Virus record (IMG/VR): IMGVR_UViG_3300017778_001757
Coordinates: 1 to 26,360 of that record
DNA from: a virus
Lineage: Duplodnaviria; Caudoviricetes
Length of the DNA stretch: 26,360 nucleotides
Direction: 5' to 3' (one strand)
The notes under the pieces were generated by a model. The model was not told where the DNA came from and did not search any database. It worked only from the letters and a program-made list of their open reading frames with translations. The position numbers were made by a program, and so were the translations under genes. This document shows, piece by piece, positions 1-9,500 of the stretch. Each line of letters opens with the position of its first letter. Position 1 is the first letter of the stretch.

Positions 1-2
1 AC

Positions 3-2243
3 TTCTTGTAAGTAAGACAACTCACCTGGCTTTATTGTATAATATTTCTTGGCAAGTTCATACAAGTCGTATTTTCTACAACCCGCAAAGAACGAATCAA
101 TAATACTATCAATTCTAACTCTATTTGTTTCGTTACCCAATACCTTATCAACAATAACATTTAATACCGATGGATGGTCAACTACGATTTTCCACGATAA
201 TGAACCTGTCCTTGAAGTATTTTTGTATGTATAGATTGGTTCGGGTCTACCCAAGAAGTCTGATTGGTTCCACGAGGTCGATACACTCTCACTGAAGGTC
301 AATCCGTAAGGAGCGAACCACATTACTCTACCGCCATTTGGACCTCTCTCACACACCGCCAAATCCGATACAGAGAACCCTGGAGTAGTTGATGTTCTCC
401 ACGCTAAGTTCTCTAATGAGAACATATACTTTTTGGCATATCCTTGTCCCCCTGGTCCACCGTTAATTAGGTTAGTTGAGGATTGCCCACCTTCCATTTT
501 GTTAGGTGCAATGTTAAGATTATATGTGTTATCAAATACCGAATCCGCAAATCTTCTACCACTAGTCGTTACCCCATCAACCTTTTGAAGGTCGTTGTAT
601 TGTAAGTAAGGTACGTCTTTAGCAAATACTCTACAATATTCAGTACCAACTTCTTGTCCAATGGCTCCTTCGTATCTATAAACTCTTGAACCCTTAGTCA
701 TTTCTTTATATCCATCATGGAATACTTTGCTCACTTGGTCAATTGCATTACCAACGTGTTGTAATCTTTTACCCCCCTGAGGTTGGCTATCAATAATTCT
801 TTGTGTTTGGTCTAAGATTGAACCTTGTTTAAAAGTTCTTTCAGTTGACTCGGTTGTATTGTATGATGAAGGTTTAAAGTCTTCGTCTTGATTTGTAACT
901 TCTCCACCAAGTCCAACTTTCTTACCAGCATTACCTTTGTATTTTGGTGATACCCATGTGAATCCACCTTCAATACCACCACCATTAGAATATGTAGGTC
1001 CGTTTGCACCTAATCTAATATCCTTACTTGGTCCTTCATAAAGTTGGGCTAACTCTGATGGACCATAAACAGGTGACTGTTGTTCAATACCATAAGCATT
1101 TACAGGTACCTCACCAGTTGGTGAAAAAACTTGTGATGGGTTAGAAGTTGAGCTACCTATATAAAAATTACTATTGTCAGATTGAGTACCTGTTAATACA
1201 CCAGCCGCTCTATCAATAAACGTTCTTGGGTAGTTTGGTTTGTATCTGTTGTAGTCAATGTTTTTGAATAGTCTTGACCTTTGTCCTCCACCCATGTTAT
1301 TAAACATGATTTGAGAACCAGTGTCTCCACCACCCATAAGTCTATTAAAGAATTTTCCAACACCACTACGTATAAATGCACTAGACATTTGTTGTATTGT
1401 GGTCTGTGGACCTGGGTTAACATTTGGGTCAAAGTATGAACCAGGTATTGGAGATACAGGTAAGATACTTCCACCTAATCTTAATGCAAAGTTGGCTGCC
1501 GCAAGTATTGGGTTTGCTGTGACAGTAATTGTATAGTTTGGCTCAATTAACGGAACTACACCTGACAAAATGTTAACTATGTCAGTCCCACTATTAATGT
1601 TCAAAATGTTAGCCCTGTCAATAGTGTCTTGTCTAATCTGAGCAGCAATTCTTGCCTCAAACTCTCTTCTAAGTGTTTCTGCAGCTAATTTAGCTATAAA
1701 CGAATCTTGACTCAATAAACCATTACTTCCTCCTGGGTCACTTGAAAGTAAAATTGATAGTGGAGAATATGTTGACGGTACAAACGTTGTTGGGTACGGT
1801 TGGTTGTTTGATGTATTAGTTGTTTGTGGTCTACCTAAAGAATCAAAAAATGGAGCACTGTCTAATGGTAATTGATTACCGTTAGAAAATACGTTAAGAG
1901 GTTTCCATCTTTGAGATTCAATTAAGGCTTGGTCTACAATATTAGCGTCTTGAAATCCATACTCACCTTCGTTTGATTTAGTATTTAACAACGCTCCTGG
2001 GTCAGGAACTTGTTCGTAACCACCTTCATTACCATATTGGTTTAAAGGGTATAGTTGATTTGCAAATGTTGGAGTATCAATTAATTGGTCAGGACTATCT
2101 TGTACTGATGTGTCTGATTGAACATATTCTGTATCAATAGGAAGCGTAGGTCGGCTAGGAGACTTTGCATAAGGCGTTAAGTTCCTTGTTATAAGTTTTT
2201 TTCTAAAACCATCCGAGCTAATAAAATCTAAAGGACTCCCCAT
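3..2243 (-). CDS. Large baseplate/tail-tube-initiator-like structural protein, partial (>=747 aa, 3' end beyond the window; absent from the ORF track)
   Basis: ATG at 2243-2241 (MGSPLDFISSDGFRKKLITRNL...) stays open to the window edge (...GELSYLQE). Contains WFAPYGLTFSESVSTSWNQSDFLGRPEPIYTYKNTSRTGSLSWKIVVD, resembling tube-initiator (gp48/gp54/P2 gpU-like) segments. Lies directly downstream of the tape measure gene. Confidence 0.75.
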   Translation of the reverse strand, partial: MGSPLDFISSDGFRKKLITRNLTPYAKSPSRPTLPIDTEYVQSDTSVQDSPDQLIDTPTFANQLYPLNQYGNEGGYEQVPDPGALLNTKSNEGEYGFQDANIVDQALIESQRWKPLNVFSNGNQLPLDSAPFFDSLGRPQTTNTSNNQPYPTTFVPSTYSPLSILLSSDPGGSNGLLSQDSFIAKLAAETLRREFEARIAAQIRQDTIDRANILNINSGTDIVNILSGVVPLIEPNYTITVTANPILAAANFALRLGGSILPVSPIPGSYFDPNVNPGPQTTIQQMSSAFIRSGVGKFFNRLMGGGDTGSQIMFNNMGGGQRSRLFKNIDYNRYKPNYPRTFIDRAAGVLTGTQSDNSNFYIGSSTSNPSQVFSPTGEVPVNAYGIEQQSPVYGPSELAQLYEGPSKDIRLGANGPTYSNGGGIEGGFTWVSPKYKGNAGKKVGLGGEVTNQDEDFKPSSYNTTESTERTFKQGSILDQTQRIIDSQPQGGKRLQHVGNAIDQVSKVFHDGYKEMTKGSRVYRYEGAIGQEVGTEYCRVFAKDVPYLQYNDLQKVDGVTTSGRRFADSVFDNTYNLNIAPNKMEGGQSSTNLINGGPGGQGYAKKYMFSLENLAWRTSTTPGFSVSDLAVCERGPNGGRVMWFAPYGLTFSESVSTSWNQSDFLGRPEPIYTYKNTSRTGSLSWKIVVDHPSVLNVIVDKVLGNETNRVRIDSIIDSFFAGCRKYDLYELAKKYYTIKPGELSYLQE

Positions 2244-2258
2244 TAATATCTTTAATTA

Positions 2259-2265
2259 ATAAATA
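2259..2265 (-). promoter_or_regulatory. TATTTAT motif, candidate phage late promoter
   Basis: CTATTTATT on the sense strand 15 nt upstream of the ATG at 2243; recurs upstream of nine other genes. Confidence 0.5.
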
Positions 2266-2285
2266 GGTTAAGGACTATTTTTTGT

Positions 2286-4133
2286 TTATCTACCTAACAC
2301 TTTTCCTGTAGGGGCTTTTGTTGGATTATCTTTTGTACCAGCATTAGCCATAATTTGTTGTGCTTGAGTACTATTGAATAGTTCAATAAAGGCTTTTGTC
2401 ATTTCTTCTCTCTGTCCTGGTGATAAATTTGATGGTAAATTACTAAAATTCACTTCAACTTTAAGCCCTCCCTCAACATTAACTTTTGAAGAACCTCCTC
2501 CAAACGCACCACTATTTGTCATAGTTTCTTTTACTTCGGTACTTTTGTTACCCTCAATTAAAGATGATATTGGTTTATTACCATCTTTAACACCTTTGAT
2601 TTGTTCAGATTTTACACCACCTAACATCTTATCTAAAAATTCTTTAGCAACTCCATCAATCGATGTTTTATCCCCAAGTTTACTACGAGTTTCTTCTAAA
2701 CTTTTAACAATACCTTGTTTAAACCCTTCTTCAAGTTTAATTCCTTGGGTACCTAATTTTGTAAAATAATTTGATAATGCATCGGTAGTTTTAACATCTT
2801 TATTTTTTATATCATTAAATAATTCTTTTATATCACCCATCGATTCTGTTAGAGTACTTCTAACTTTTTCAGGAGAACTAAAGTTTCTCGAAGCCGCTCC
2901 CGTAAAGTCCGACGATATACTTCTAACCGATTCCGAACCTCTTAAAAAATCTTTTTGAGTTACAGCCCCACCAACAACGGCAGCTCTAATCGCATTAACA
3001 TTACCTTTAATATCTTCAGAGATTGACATTTGAGATTTTGCAATCTCTTCCATAGTTTTAGGGCCGTCTTTCTGTTCTTTTATTAACTTGTCAAATTCTT
3101 CTTGTGTAAGTTCAGATAATTTTTTAGTCTCATCATCATTAATCTTAACTTCATATTCACCACCTTCACCCATTCTAGCAATGTTGGCAACGTATTGTTT
3201 GTCTTCTTCTTTAATGTTTAATCCTGCAGAACCGATTGCTGAAATTCTTTTATCTGCCTCAGCCGCCGCAACCGCAAGTTTACTCATTTCTTTTGCACTC
3301 ACTCCTGTTTGTTGTTCCATCTCTCTAAGAGTTAAAACACCTTGTGGATTGATTTTGAAAGTTTTTGTTTTTTCGTCGAAGTAACTAAATTGTTTTGCAA
3401 CGTCAACCAAACTATCTTGTAGACCTTGTGGGTCATTAATAGATTGATTCATTAGTGCAAACGGGTCGGCTAACGCCCCTGCAGATACTCCTAGTCTTTG
3501 GAATGCCGCTGCTGTTTCAATTGCTCCTTCAGGAGTTAATACTTTGTCGGCTAACCTAAATGTCTCTCCCATGTCAAATCTTAACATAGAGGCTTGAGCA
3601 GCCATTTTTGTAAGTCCTTGAACTCCACCTTCAAATTGGTATCTGTTCATTTGGTCCATATTGGCCCTAACACTATCCATTACTTGTTTAGTATTACCAC
3701 CAATACTTCTAACATAGTTGACAGAATCTTCTAATTGTTTACCTACTTGTTCAATACCAACACCAACATTTAAAAAGGCCTCTGAAATTTCACCAACACT
3801 GGCTCCTAATACTTTAGAAGCTGCAAAAAGTTTTTCAACGTCTTCAGCATTTTCTACAACATTTCTTCTTGAGGCTAACGCAATTTGTTGAATTGATTCT
3901 CCAACATCCCCAAGATTACCACCTAATCGCGCAATACCTGGTAATGAATCAACAAGTTCGGTTTTTAATTCAACAATCCTTTGTCTACTTTGACCAAATA
4001 AATTATTGACCTCACGAGCTACGGAACTTACTCTCTCAAATGTTTCTGCAAATTCTTGAGCGTTAGGTAATTTTACCGCGTTTTTTAATTCTTCACCCAT
4101 TTGACCCGAATTCTGGTTGTTAGTATCTGCCAT
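2286..4133 (-). CDS. Tape measure protein (615 aa)
   Basis: Helical Ala/Gln/Glu/Lys-rich sequence; canonical position after tube and chaperone genes and before a baseplate gene. Confidence 0.7.
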   Translation of the reverse strand: MADTNNQNSGQMGEELKNAVKLPNAQEFAETFERVSSVAREVNNLFGQSRQRIVELKTELVDSLPGIARLGGNLGDVGESIQQIALASRRNVVENAEDVEKLFAASKVLGASVGEISEAFLNVGVGIEQVGKQLEDSVNYVRSIGGNTKQVMDSVRANMDQMNRYQFEGGVQGLTKMAAQASMLRFDMGETFRLADKVLTPEGAIETAAAFQRLGVSAGALADPFALMNQSINDPQGLQDSLVDVAKQFSYFDEKTKTFKINPQGVLTLREMEQQTGVSAKEMSKLAVAAAEADKRISAIGSAGLNIKEEDKQYVANIARMGEGGEYEVKINDDETKKLSELTQEEFDKLIKEQKDGPKTMEEIAKSQMSISEDIKGNVNAIRAAVVGGAVTQKDFLRGSESVRSISSDFTGAASRNFSSPEKVRSTLTESMGDIKELFNDIKNKDVKTTDALSNYFTKLGTQGIKLEEGFKQGIVKSLEETRSKLGDKTSIDGVAKEFLDKMLGGVKSEQIKGVKDGNKPISSLIEGNKSTEVKETMTNSGAFGGGSSKVNVEGGLKVEVNFSNLPSNLSPGQREEMTKAFIELFNSTQAQQIMANAGTKDNPTKAPTGKVLGR

Positions 4134-4155
4134 ATTGTTTTGTACTTGTTACTAT

Positions 4156-4162
4156 ATAAATA
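4156..4162 (-). promoter_or_regulatory. TATTTAT motif, candidate phage late promoter
   Basis: GTATTTATA immediately after the terminator hairpin, 22 nt upstream of the tape measure ATG. Confidence 0.55.
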
Positions 4163-4163
4163 C

Positions 4164-4189
4164 AAAAGGACTGAGTTTTCAGTCCTTTT
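4164..4189. terminator. Intrinsic terminator, potentially bidirectional
   Basis: Perfect 11-bp inverted repeat AAAAGGACTGA-gttt-TCAGTCCTTTT; contains the TGA of the frameshift-extension ORF. Confidence 0.75.
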
Positions 4190-4331
4190 TATTATCTTCA
4201 ATCCATTTATCTAAAAGATACTTTCTTGTGAACAACGGCATTATTAAAAAATCTTGATAACTTATCTTTAATAATGTGTTTAAGTAGTAGAACTCGTCTA
4301 ACTGACTTTTTCTATAATCAGAAGAAAGGAC
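4179..4331 (-). CDS. Start-less gp51-like tail/baseplate assembly chaperone segment (50 aa), probably a +1/-2 frameshift extension of 4318..5061
   Basis: VLSSDYRKSQLDEFYYLNTLLKISYQDFLIMPLFTRKYLLDKWIEDNKKD*. The S-Y-x-D-x-x-x-M-P-x-x-x-R-x-Y pattern resembles T4 gp51-type small chaperones. The frame is open from 4352 with no ATG/GTG/TTG until codon 31. Confidence 0.7.
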   Translation of the reverse strand, partial: VLSSDYRKSQLDEFYYLNTLLKISYQDFLIMPLFTRKYLLDKWIEDNKKD

Positions 4332-5061
4332 GAAAAAAGTCGACCCCGAAACCTACATTAACTGTAAGTCTTTCTCCTGATGGGGTCATAACAATTCGTT
4401 TCATATCCAACCTTGGTTCATTATCTTCCATAAATTTTCTTATGAATTTTGAATCCGCAATTGGCATTGATTCTATAAATTTGGCGATTTCGCCTTTATC
4501 GGTAGACCCGTTTGTCTCAATAATTTCTTTTTGTAATCTCAAAGTAACTTTAGGAACTACTCTTCCCGCAGGATATGAATCCGCTGCTCTTTGATTTTCT
4601 AAGATTTCACCGTAAGTCATTGGTTTTAACTTAACAGTTGTTTGAGATTTTGGTAACGTCGTTGTAAATGTTCCGTCTTCGTTAGGTTGTTGACCTTGTA
4701 GAATAGTTAATTGGTCAAGTAGTACTGTTGTTTTGAAAGGTTTTCTTGTTGATGGGTCTGTCAATGTAAGTTCCATTTCAGGTCCAAACGCGGTGTTCCT
4801 TAAGAAAATTAAGACCGCCTCAACATCACCTTCCAACATGTCCTCAACACGTAAGTCTGGTTCGTAAATCTTTGTTCTTAAAAGATTTGGTGTCATATCG
4901 TCACCACCCGCCATTAATAAGTTCTCATCAGTTGCTGTCAGATACCCGACTTTAATTGATTTCTTTTTGTTTTTGTAGAATATACCTTGAGATGGTAATG
5001 GTACCACGTCATGGGGAAGCGAAAAGTTCGCTTGACCGTATTCTCTTGATTGATTATCCAT
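4318..5061 (-). CDS. T4 gp26-like baseplate hub / tail assembly chaperone (247 aa)
   Basis: VPLPSQGIFY, YLTATDENLL, MLEGDVEAVLIFLRNTAFG, VKLKPMT and terminal FGVDFF motifs; sits between tube and tape measure. Confidence 0.75.
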   Translation of the reverse strand: MDNQSREYGQANFSLPHDVVPLPSQGIFYKNKKKSIKVGYLTATDENLLMAGGDDMTPNLLRTKIYEPDLRVEDMLEGDVEAVLIFLRNTAFGPEMELTLTDPSTRKPFKTTVLLDQLTILQGQQPNEDGTFTTTLPKSQTTVKLKPMTYGEILENQRAADSYPAGRVVPKVTLRLQKEIIETNGSTDKGEIAKFIESMPIADSKFIRKFMEDNEPRLDMKRIVMTPSGERLTVNVGFGVDFFRPFF

Positions 5062-5063
5062 AT

Positions 5064-5101
5064 AAAAAATTAACCGTAAAGTTTATGTGCTTTACGGTTA
5101 A
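5064..5101 (-). terminator. Intrinsic terminator/attenuator after the tail tube gene
   Basis: Minus strand TTAACCGTAAAG-CACATAAA-CTTTACGGTTAA (12-bp stem, 5070-5101) followed by TTTTTT. Confidence 0.65.
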
Positions 5102-5123
5102 ATATAATTGTTCTAAATTTTTT

Positions 5124-5130
5124 ATAAATA
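5124..5130 (-). promoter_or_regulatory. TATTTAT motif, with a second TATATTTA at 5106-5099
   Basis: CTATTTATA just after the tube stop codon, upstream of the chaperone gene. Confidence 0.4.
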
Positions 5131-5133
5131 GTA

Positions 5134-5622
5134 TTAGTAAACTAACACACATCTGTCCATTCTCAAAGTTGCAGCAATTGTCGCTAAACCATCTGTGTTG
5201 TAAGCCAACGCATTAAAGTTAACATCTGTTAAGAATGTACCATACATAATCCATTTCTCAACAACAACACCTGTTGGGTCTAACATCTCAAGGTCAATAT
5301 CTTTTTTGTACCCTGCAGCATATCCCATACGACCTGTCACTGACTCGGCGTGTAAACGAACCCACTCCATAAGAGCTTGTGCGGCAGACGGTCCAATTGG
5401 GTCTCTAAAGACAACGTTAATTGTTTGCCAGTTGAATCTACCTGCAACGTAAGTTGAAGTGTTCAAGAATGGAATTTCAGTCGCAGCAATTGTAATGTGT
5501 GGTCTCGAAGTACTTTCTACGAACCATTCATTAATACCTAAACTTGATGGAAACCTTAAAATGAATCGGTTTTGACGTTTCGGTTCATAAGGAATCGGCA
5601 TTTTCATCAGTAAATCAGCCAT
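5134..5622 (-). CDS. Tail tube protein, T4 gp19-like (162 aa)
   Basis: YEPKRQNRF, GRFNWQTINVVFRDPIGPSAAQALMEW, YKKDIDLEMLDPTGVVVEKW; size and position downstream of the sheath. Confidence 0.9.
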   Translation of the reverse strand: MADLLMKMPIPYEPKRQNRFILRFPSSLGINEWFVESTSRPHITIAATEIPFLNTSTYVAGRFNWQTINVVFRDPIGPSAAQALMEWVRLHAESVTGRMGYAAGYKKDIDLEMLDPTGVVVEKWIMYGTFLTDVNFNALAYNTDGLATIAATLRMDRCVLVY

Positions 5623-5654
5623 ATTATTTAAATTTTGTTTCTATGTTTATAACG

Positions 5655-5661
5655 ATAAATA
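5655..5661 (-). promoter_or_regulatory. TATTTAT motif, candidate phage late promoter
   Basis: TATATTTATC 32 nt upstream of the tube ATG. Confidence 0.55.
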
Positions 5662-5717
5662 TATCCGTTTGAAAAATTTTTCTATTTACTTAAAAAATTA
5701 AAAACGGTATTCTTTAA

Positions 5718-6545
5718 CTAGACTTCCTTTTTAAGTCCTCCAGCAGTAGAATATGTTCTTACTATATTATCTGGTTTATCTTTAAAATGTTTTTTCATTA
5801 CTTCTATGTTCTTAGGGTCATCATCTGAAAAGCCTATAGATGGCTCACTAGGAATAAAGTTATTATTAACATCATTCTTTAAATACGCTCTTTTATTTAA
5901 AACTGCTGCTAATCCTTTAATATAAGATACAAAATCTTCCATTGCTTGGACCTTCGCCTCTTCAGGATTAACTGCCCCACCCTCATCTCCGAAAGAAACT
6001 GGATGGTACTTGTTGAGTTCTAAATAAGTTTTAATTAATTCTTCGTCACTCATCTCATCTTCATCTACAAACGTCCTATATTTTTTAAGGTTTTTAATAA
6101 GTTCATCTTTGCTTATCCCATTATAGTCATTTATAATATAATTATAAACCGCTTGTTTTAATGTATTTGGATTGTGACCCCTCGCTGTGATTATGGAAAA
6201 CACCGAACCGTTATTGATAGCTTCTCTGAAATCATCAAACGCGGGACCTTCTTTTGCCCTCATCGCATCGATTAAGAAATCTTTATCACCCGCAGTTCTG
6301 AAATTTCTAAATGAATCCTCAGCAAACCCTACAATTGTCTCACCTTTATATTCAAAAGGTTCTTTACCTAAATGATGTCTGTGTTCTGCGAAGTCATCTG
6401 TTGACATACCTACTTCGTCACCATCCTCACTTTTAACCATGATTTTTGTCGGCATATGAACAATATTATCATCCCAATCGAATGCGTAATATTTCATATC
6501 TGGTGAACCTTCACCTTTAAATCCTTCTGTTAATTTATTTCTCAT
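5718..6545 (-). CDS. HAD-superfamily phosphatase (about 275 aa)
   Basis: Motif I YAFDWDDNI (DxD), motif II IITARGH, motif III K (EEAKV), motif IV IGFSDDDPKN. Start moved from 6575 to 6545 because the longer version translates through a terminator hairpin. Confidence 0.75.
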   Translation of the reverse strand: MRNKLTEGFKGEGSPDMKYYAFDWDDNIVHMPTKIMVKSEDGDEVGMSTDDFAEHRHHLGKEPFEYKGETIVGFAEDSFRNFRTAGDKDFLIDAMRAKEGPAFDDFREAINNGSVFSIITARGHNPNTLKQAVYNYIINDYNGISKDELIKNLKKYRTFVDEDEMSDEELIKTYLELNKYHPVSFGDEGGAVNPEEAKVQAMEDFVSYIKGLAAVLNKRAYLKNDVNNNFIPSEPSIGFSDDDPKNIEVMKKHFKDKPDNIVRTYSTAGGLKKEV

Positions 6546-6551
6546 TTGGCT

Positions 6552-6573
6552 AAAGGGGGGATTTAGTCCCCCC
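6552..6573 (-). terminator. Terminator hairpin after the sheath gene
   Basis: Minus strand GGGGGGA-CTAAA-TCCCCCC followed by TTT, 8 nt past the sheath stop; the short U tract suggests leakiness. Confidence 0.65.
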
Positions 6574-6581
6574 ATTATTTA

Positions 6582-9500
6582 TTAAATATTTTCGAAAGAA
6601 GCTCCTGTCGGAGTAATGAAGAATTCAATGTCGATGAATTCTAACGCTTTCGTTGGTTTTAAGTAGATTTTTCCTACTAATGTGTTTCTGTCTAAGTCTT
6701 CAGGTGTTGAAGAAACTGTTACACGGAAATCGTATAAACCTCTGTCTCTTCTGATTGAATCTAAGATTGGGTTAACACTGTCTAAGAATTGTTGTCTAAC
6801 GATTTGGTCGTTTTGTTCGAACAATAATCTTACAGCTACTGCTGAAATCAACTTACGAGCTTGAAGTAATAATCTTCTTACGTTCAATCTGTTAAGTGCT
6901 GAGTCAGCAACTTGTAACGTTTTGTTACCCCAAATTACAGTACCTACATCAGAGAAAGTTGCGATAGGGTTAATTCTACCTTGGTAAAGTGTGTCTCTAT
7001 CTTCTTGAGTCAATTTAGTTCTCGCTTTGATAGAGTTTACAAGACCTCTTGTGTAACCCGCTGATGCGAACCATGGGAACGCTATGTTATCTGTTAACGC
7101 TAAGTTTCTACAAACTTCTCCTGTTGGTGGTAAGTAGATTTGTGTGTTGTTCACAGTATCTCTTACTAAAATCCATGGGTAGTAAGTTGCAGTGTAGTTA
7201 GAGTCAATTCCTGTATTATCTAAGTTATCAACCGCCTCTTGTGGGTAGATGATATCTAAAGAGTTAGTTCCATCTGGAGTGTACATTAAGTAGTCAGGAG
7301 TTGTTGCGATATACACAGAGTCAGCTCTTGAATATTGTACCATATCGATAGCTTCTTCAACAAGGTTTGAGTTGTTAACATAATCAATTGATGAAGTTGC
7401 GAACACGTTAATGTTTGTTGCTTCAGGATTACCAAATGTTAATATACCAAGTAAGTAAGCGTAATAATCGGTGTTAGCAAAATCTTGAGTATTATTAGCT
7501 ACAACAATTCTCTTGAATAAACCTTGACCTGTCGCTGTTGGATATCTTGTAGAAGCTGATGCTCCCGCTAAATAACCTGATGAACCTAATTGGAATCTAT
7601 CTTGGTTGGTTCTGAATTCTCTATAAACATCCCATCCGTCAAATCCACCTGCAAAACATAATGTATATTTTCTTGAGTAGATGAAGTAGTAAGGGTTCTC
7701 TTGAGTTTCAGGGTCGAATCTGAAATCCGCAACACCACACTCGAAAGCTGTTTGACCACTTGATAAGTATGAGTTTGCGATTGTAACCACAGTAGCACCT
7801 GAGTCCATGTGGAAACCTCTACTTAAATAGTTCCAAGCCTGGCCTTCAATAGGTAATGCTGAGTTAACCCAATTTATAGGGTTTTGTCTACCTTTATAAG
7901 TTAAGAATGATTCATCAATACCAAATTGACTTGAGAATCCTAAATAACTTCTTCTAACTATATCTCCCGCGGATTCAGTTGCGTTAGCGGTTGTTCCAAA
8001 TGGAGGGTTATAAATAACCTCACCTGGGAAATAATATTTTGTTTTGAATTGTGGTACTGGTGAAATGTTCGCAGTTGATTCATATTCTCTTTGTGTGTAT
8101 CCGTAGAATCCACAAGGAATAGCATCAATCGGAGCTTCATCAGCCAATTCAATCATTATAAATTTAGATATTAAAGCGTATTCACCATTTGATGAACCAA
8201 TTTTCTTAGCAACAAAGTTGTTAGAACCTGGGTCCATATTACAGTTAGTGAATTTTTCAATAACAACAGGATTTGCATCCGTGTCAAAGAAGTTTCTTAC
8301 TAACACATCAAAAGTCATATTGTTGAATGATAAGTTAGCAATAGAAACCTTAACCTCAACGTTCGCAGCATCTCCGTCAGAGATTGAAATGAATTTGAAT
8401 AATTTGTAAACCTTATTACCTCTTAACTCAGATACTAAGAAAGGAGTTTCAGGTGATTGGTATTTTTCAACTTTGTAAGCGATTGATTGTGAGTTTTCAC
8501 TTCTAGCATCTTCTAACGCAATTAACTCAGGATTGATACCTTTGATATATCCTTGGTTGTAAGCGTAAGCTAATGAACTTGGATAAATCTCTTCGACAAA
8601 CAAAGGAACTTCGTTTCTTGTTTTTCCAAAGTTATCAACTCCTAATACTTTAGTTATGTATTTAGGTGATGCAGCAGACAATGATGTTTCAAATGAAAAG
8701 TTATCACCGTCTTTAGTAATACCTGATAATAAAAATCCTTCAAATGGTGAATCAGTTATACCTGAGTATTCTCCCGACGCAACTAATGTTACATCAGTAA
8801 GTCCACTAACTTCATAAACAGGTCCATGTTGACCAAGGTCTGCATTATTTGAATACAACGAAATACCTCTTGAACGTAAAGTTGCAATAACCATGTTATT
8901 GTACTCAGTGTAAGCTGTTCCTGTAAAACTAAATACTTCACCTGTAATTTGACCTGTAAAAGTACCATTATTATTATTAGTTAATGATGACACATTATAG
9001 TAGAATGAATATCCTGTATAATTGTTATTAACATTTGCGTCATTACTAAATGTTGCGTAGTACCAAGGGTCGTTAGCATCTGAACTTAAATCGTTAGTAT
9101 CTAAATTGTTAGATTCAGAACCAAAAACATTAAGTTGGTTTGAATATTGACTAACTAAATTCCAATAATCAAGTGATGGTATTGAGCCATAAAACGCGAC
9201 TGTTGTTGCAGATAAAGATGGGGTGTCAATAATATTACTTAAATTACTATTGAAATCATCGTTATAGGTTGATGTACTACCATCAGATAATCTGTATTGG
9301 TTGTATAAATTAACTTGAATATCGTTAGGTAATGCTCCACCAACAAACTCAATAGTAGTACCTGATGTAGCACCTGTGAATGTTGTGTTGAATACCGTAC
9401 CTCCCGTTGGGGCAATGATACCAATAGTTAATGGGTCAACGTTGGCAGTAACTCTAATACTCCAAGACGGACCCGCGTCATATCCTGACAAACCTAATAC

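Noticed and set aside
49-1536. Short track ORFs 49..234, 812..1009, 1193..1474 and 1321..1536
   Set aside because: Shadow or alternate frames of the uninterrupted minus-strand ORF 3..2243
4290-4341. Classical -1 frameshift in the chaperone gene
   Set aside because: The -1 frame reaches TAG after about 13 codons and there is no correctly phased X_XXY_YYZ heptamer; only the +1/-2 frame is productive
6546-6575. Track start codon at 6575 for the HAD gene (likewise 12060, 12037 and 26251 for other genes)
   Set aside because: 6575 translates a terminator hairpin, 12060 and 12037 run through divergent promoter DNA, and 26251 is internal to an ORF open to the window edge
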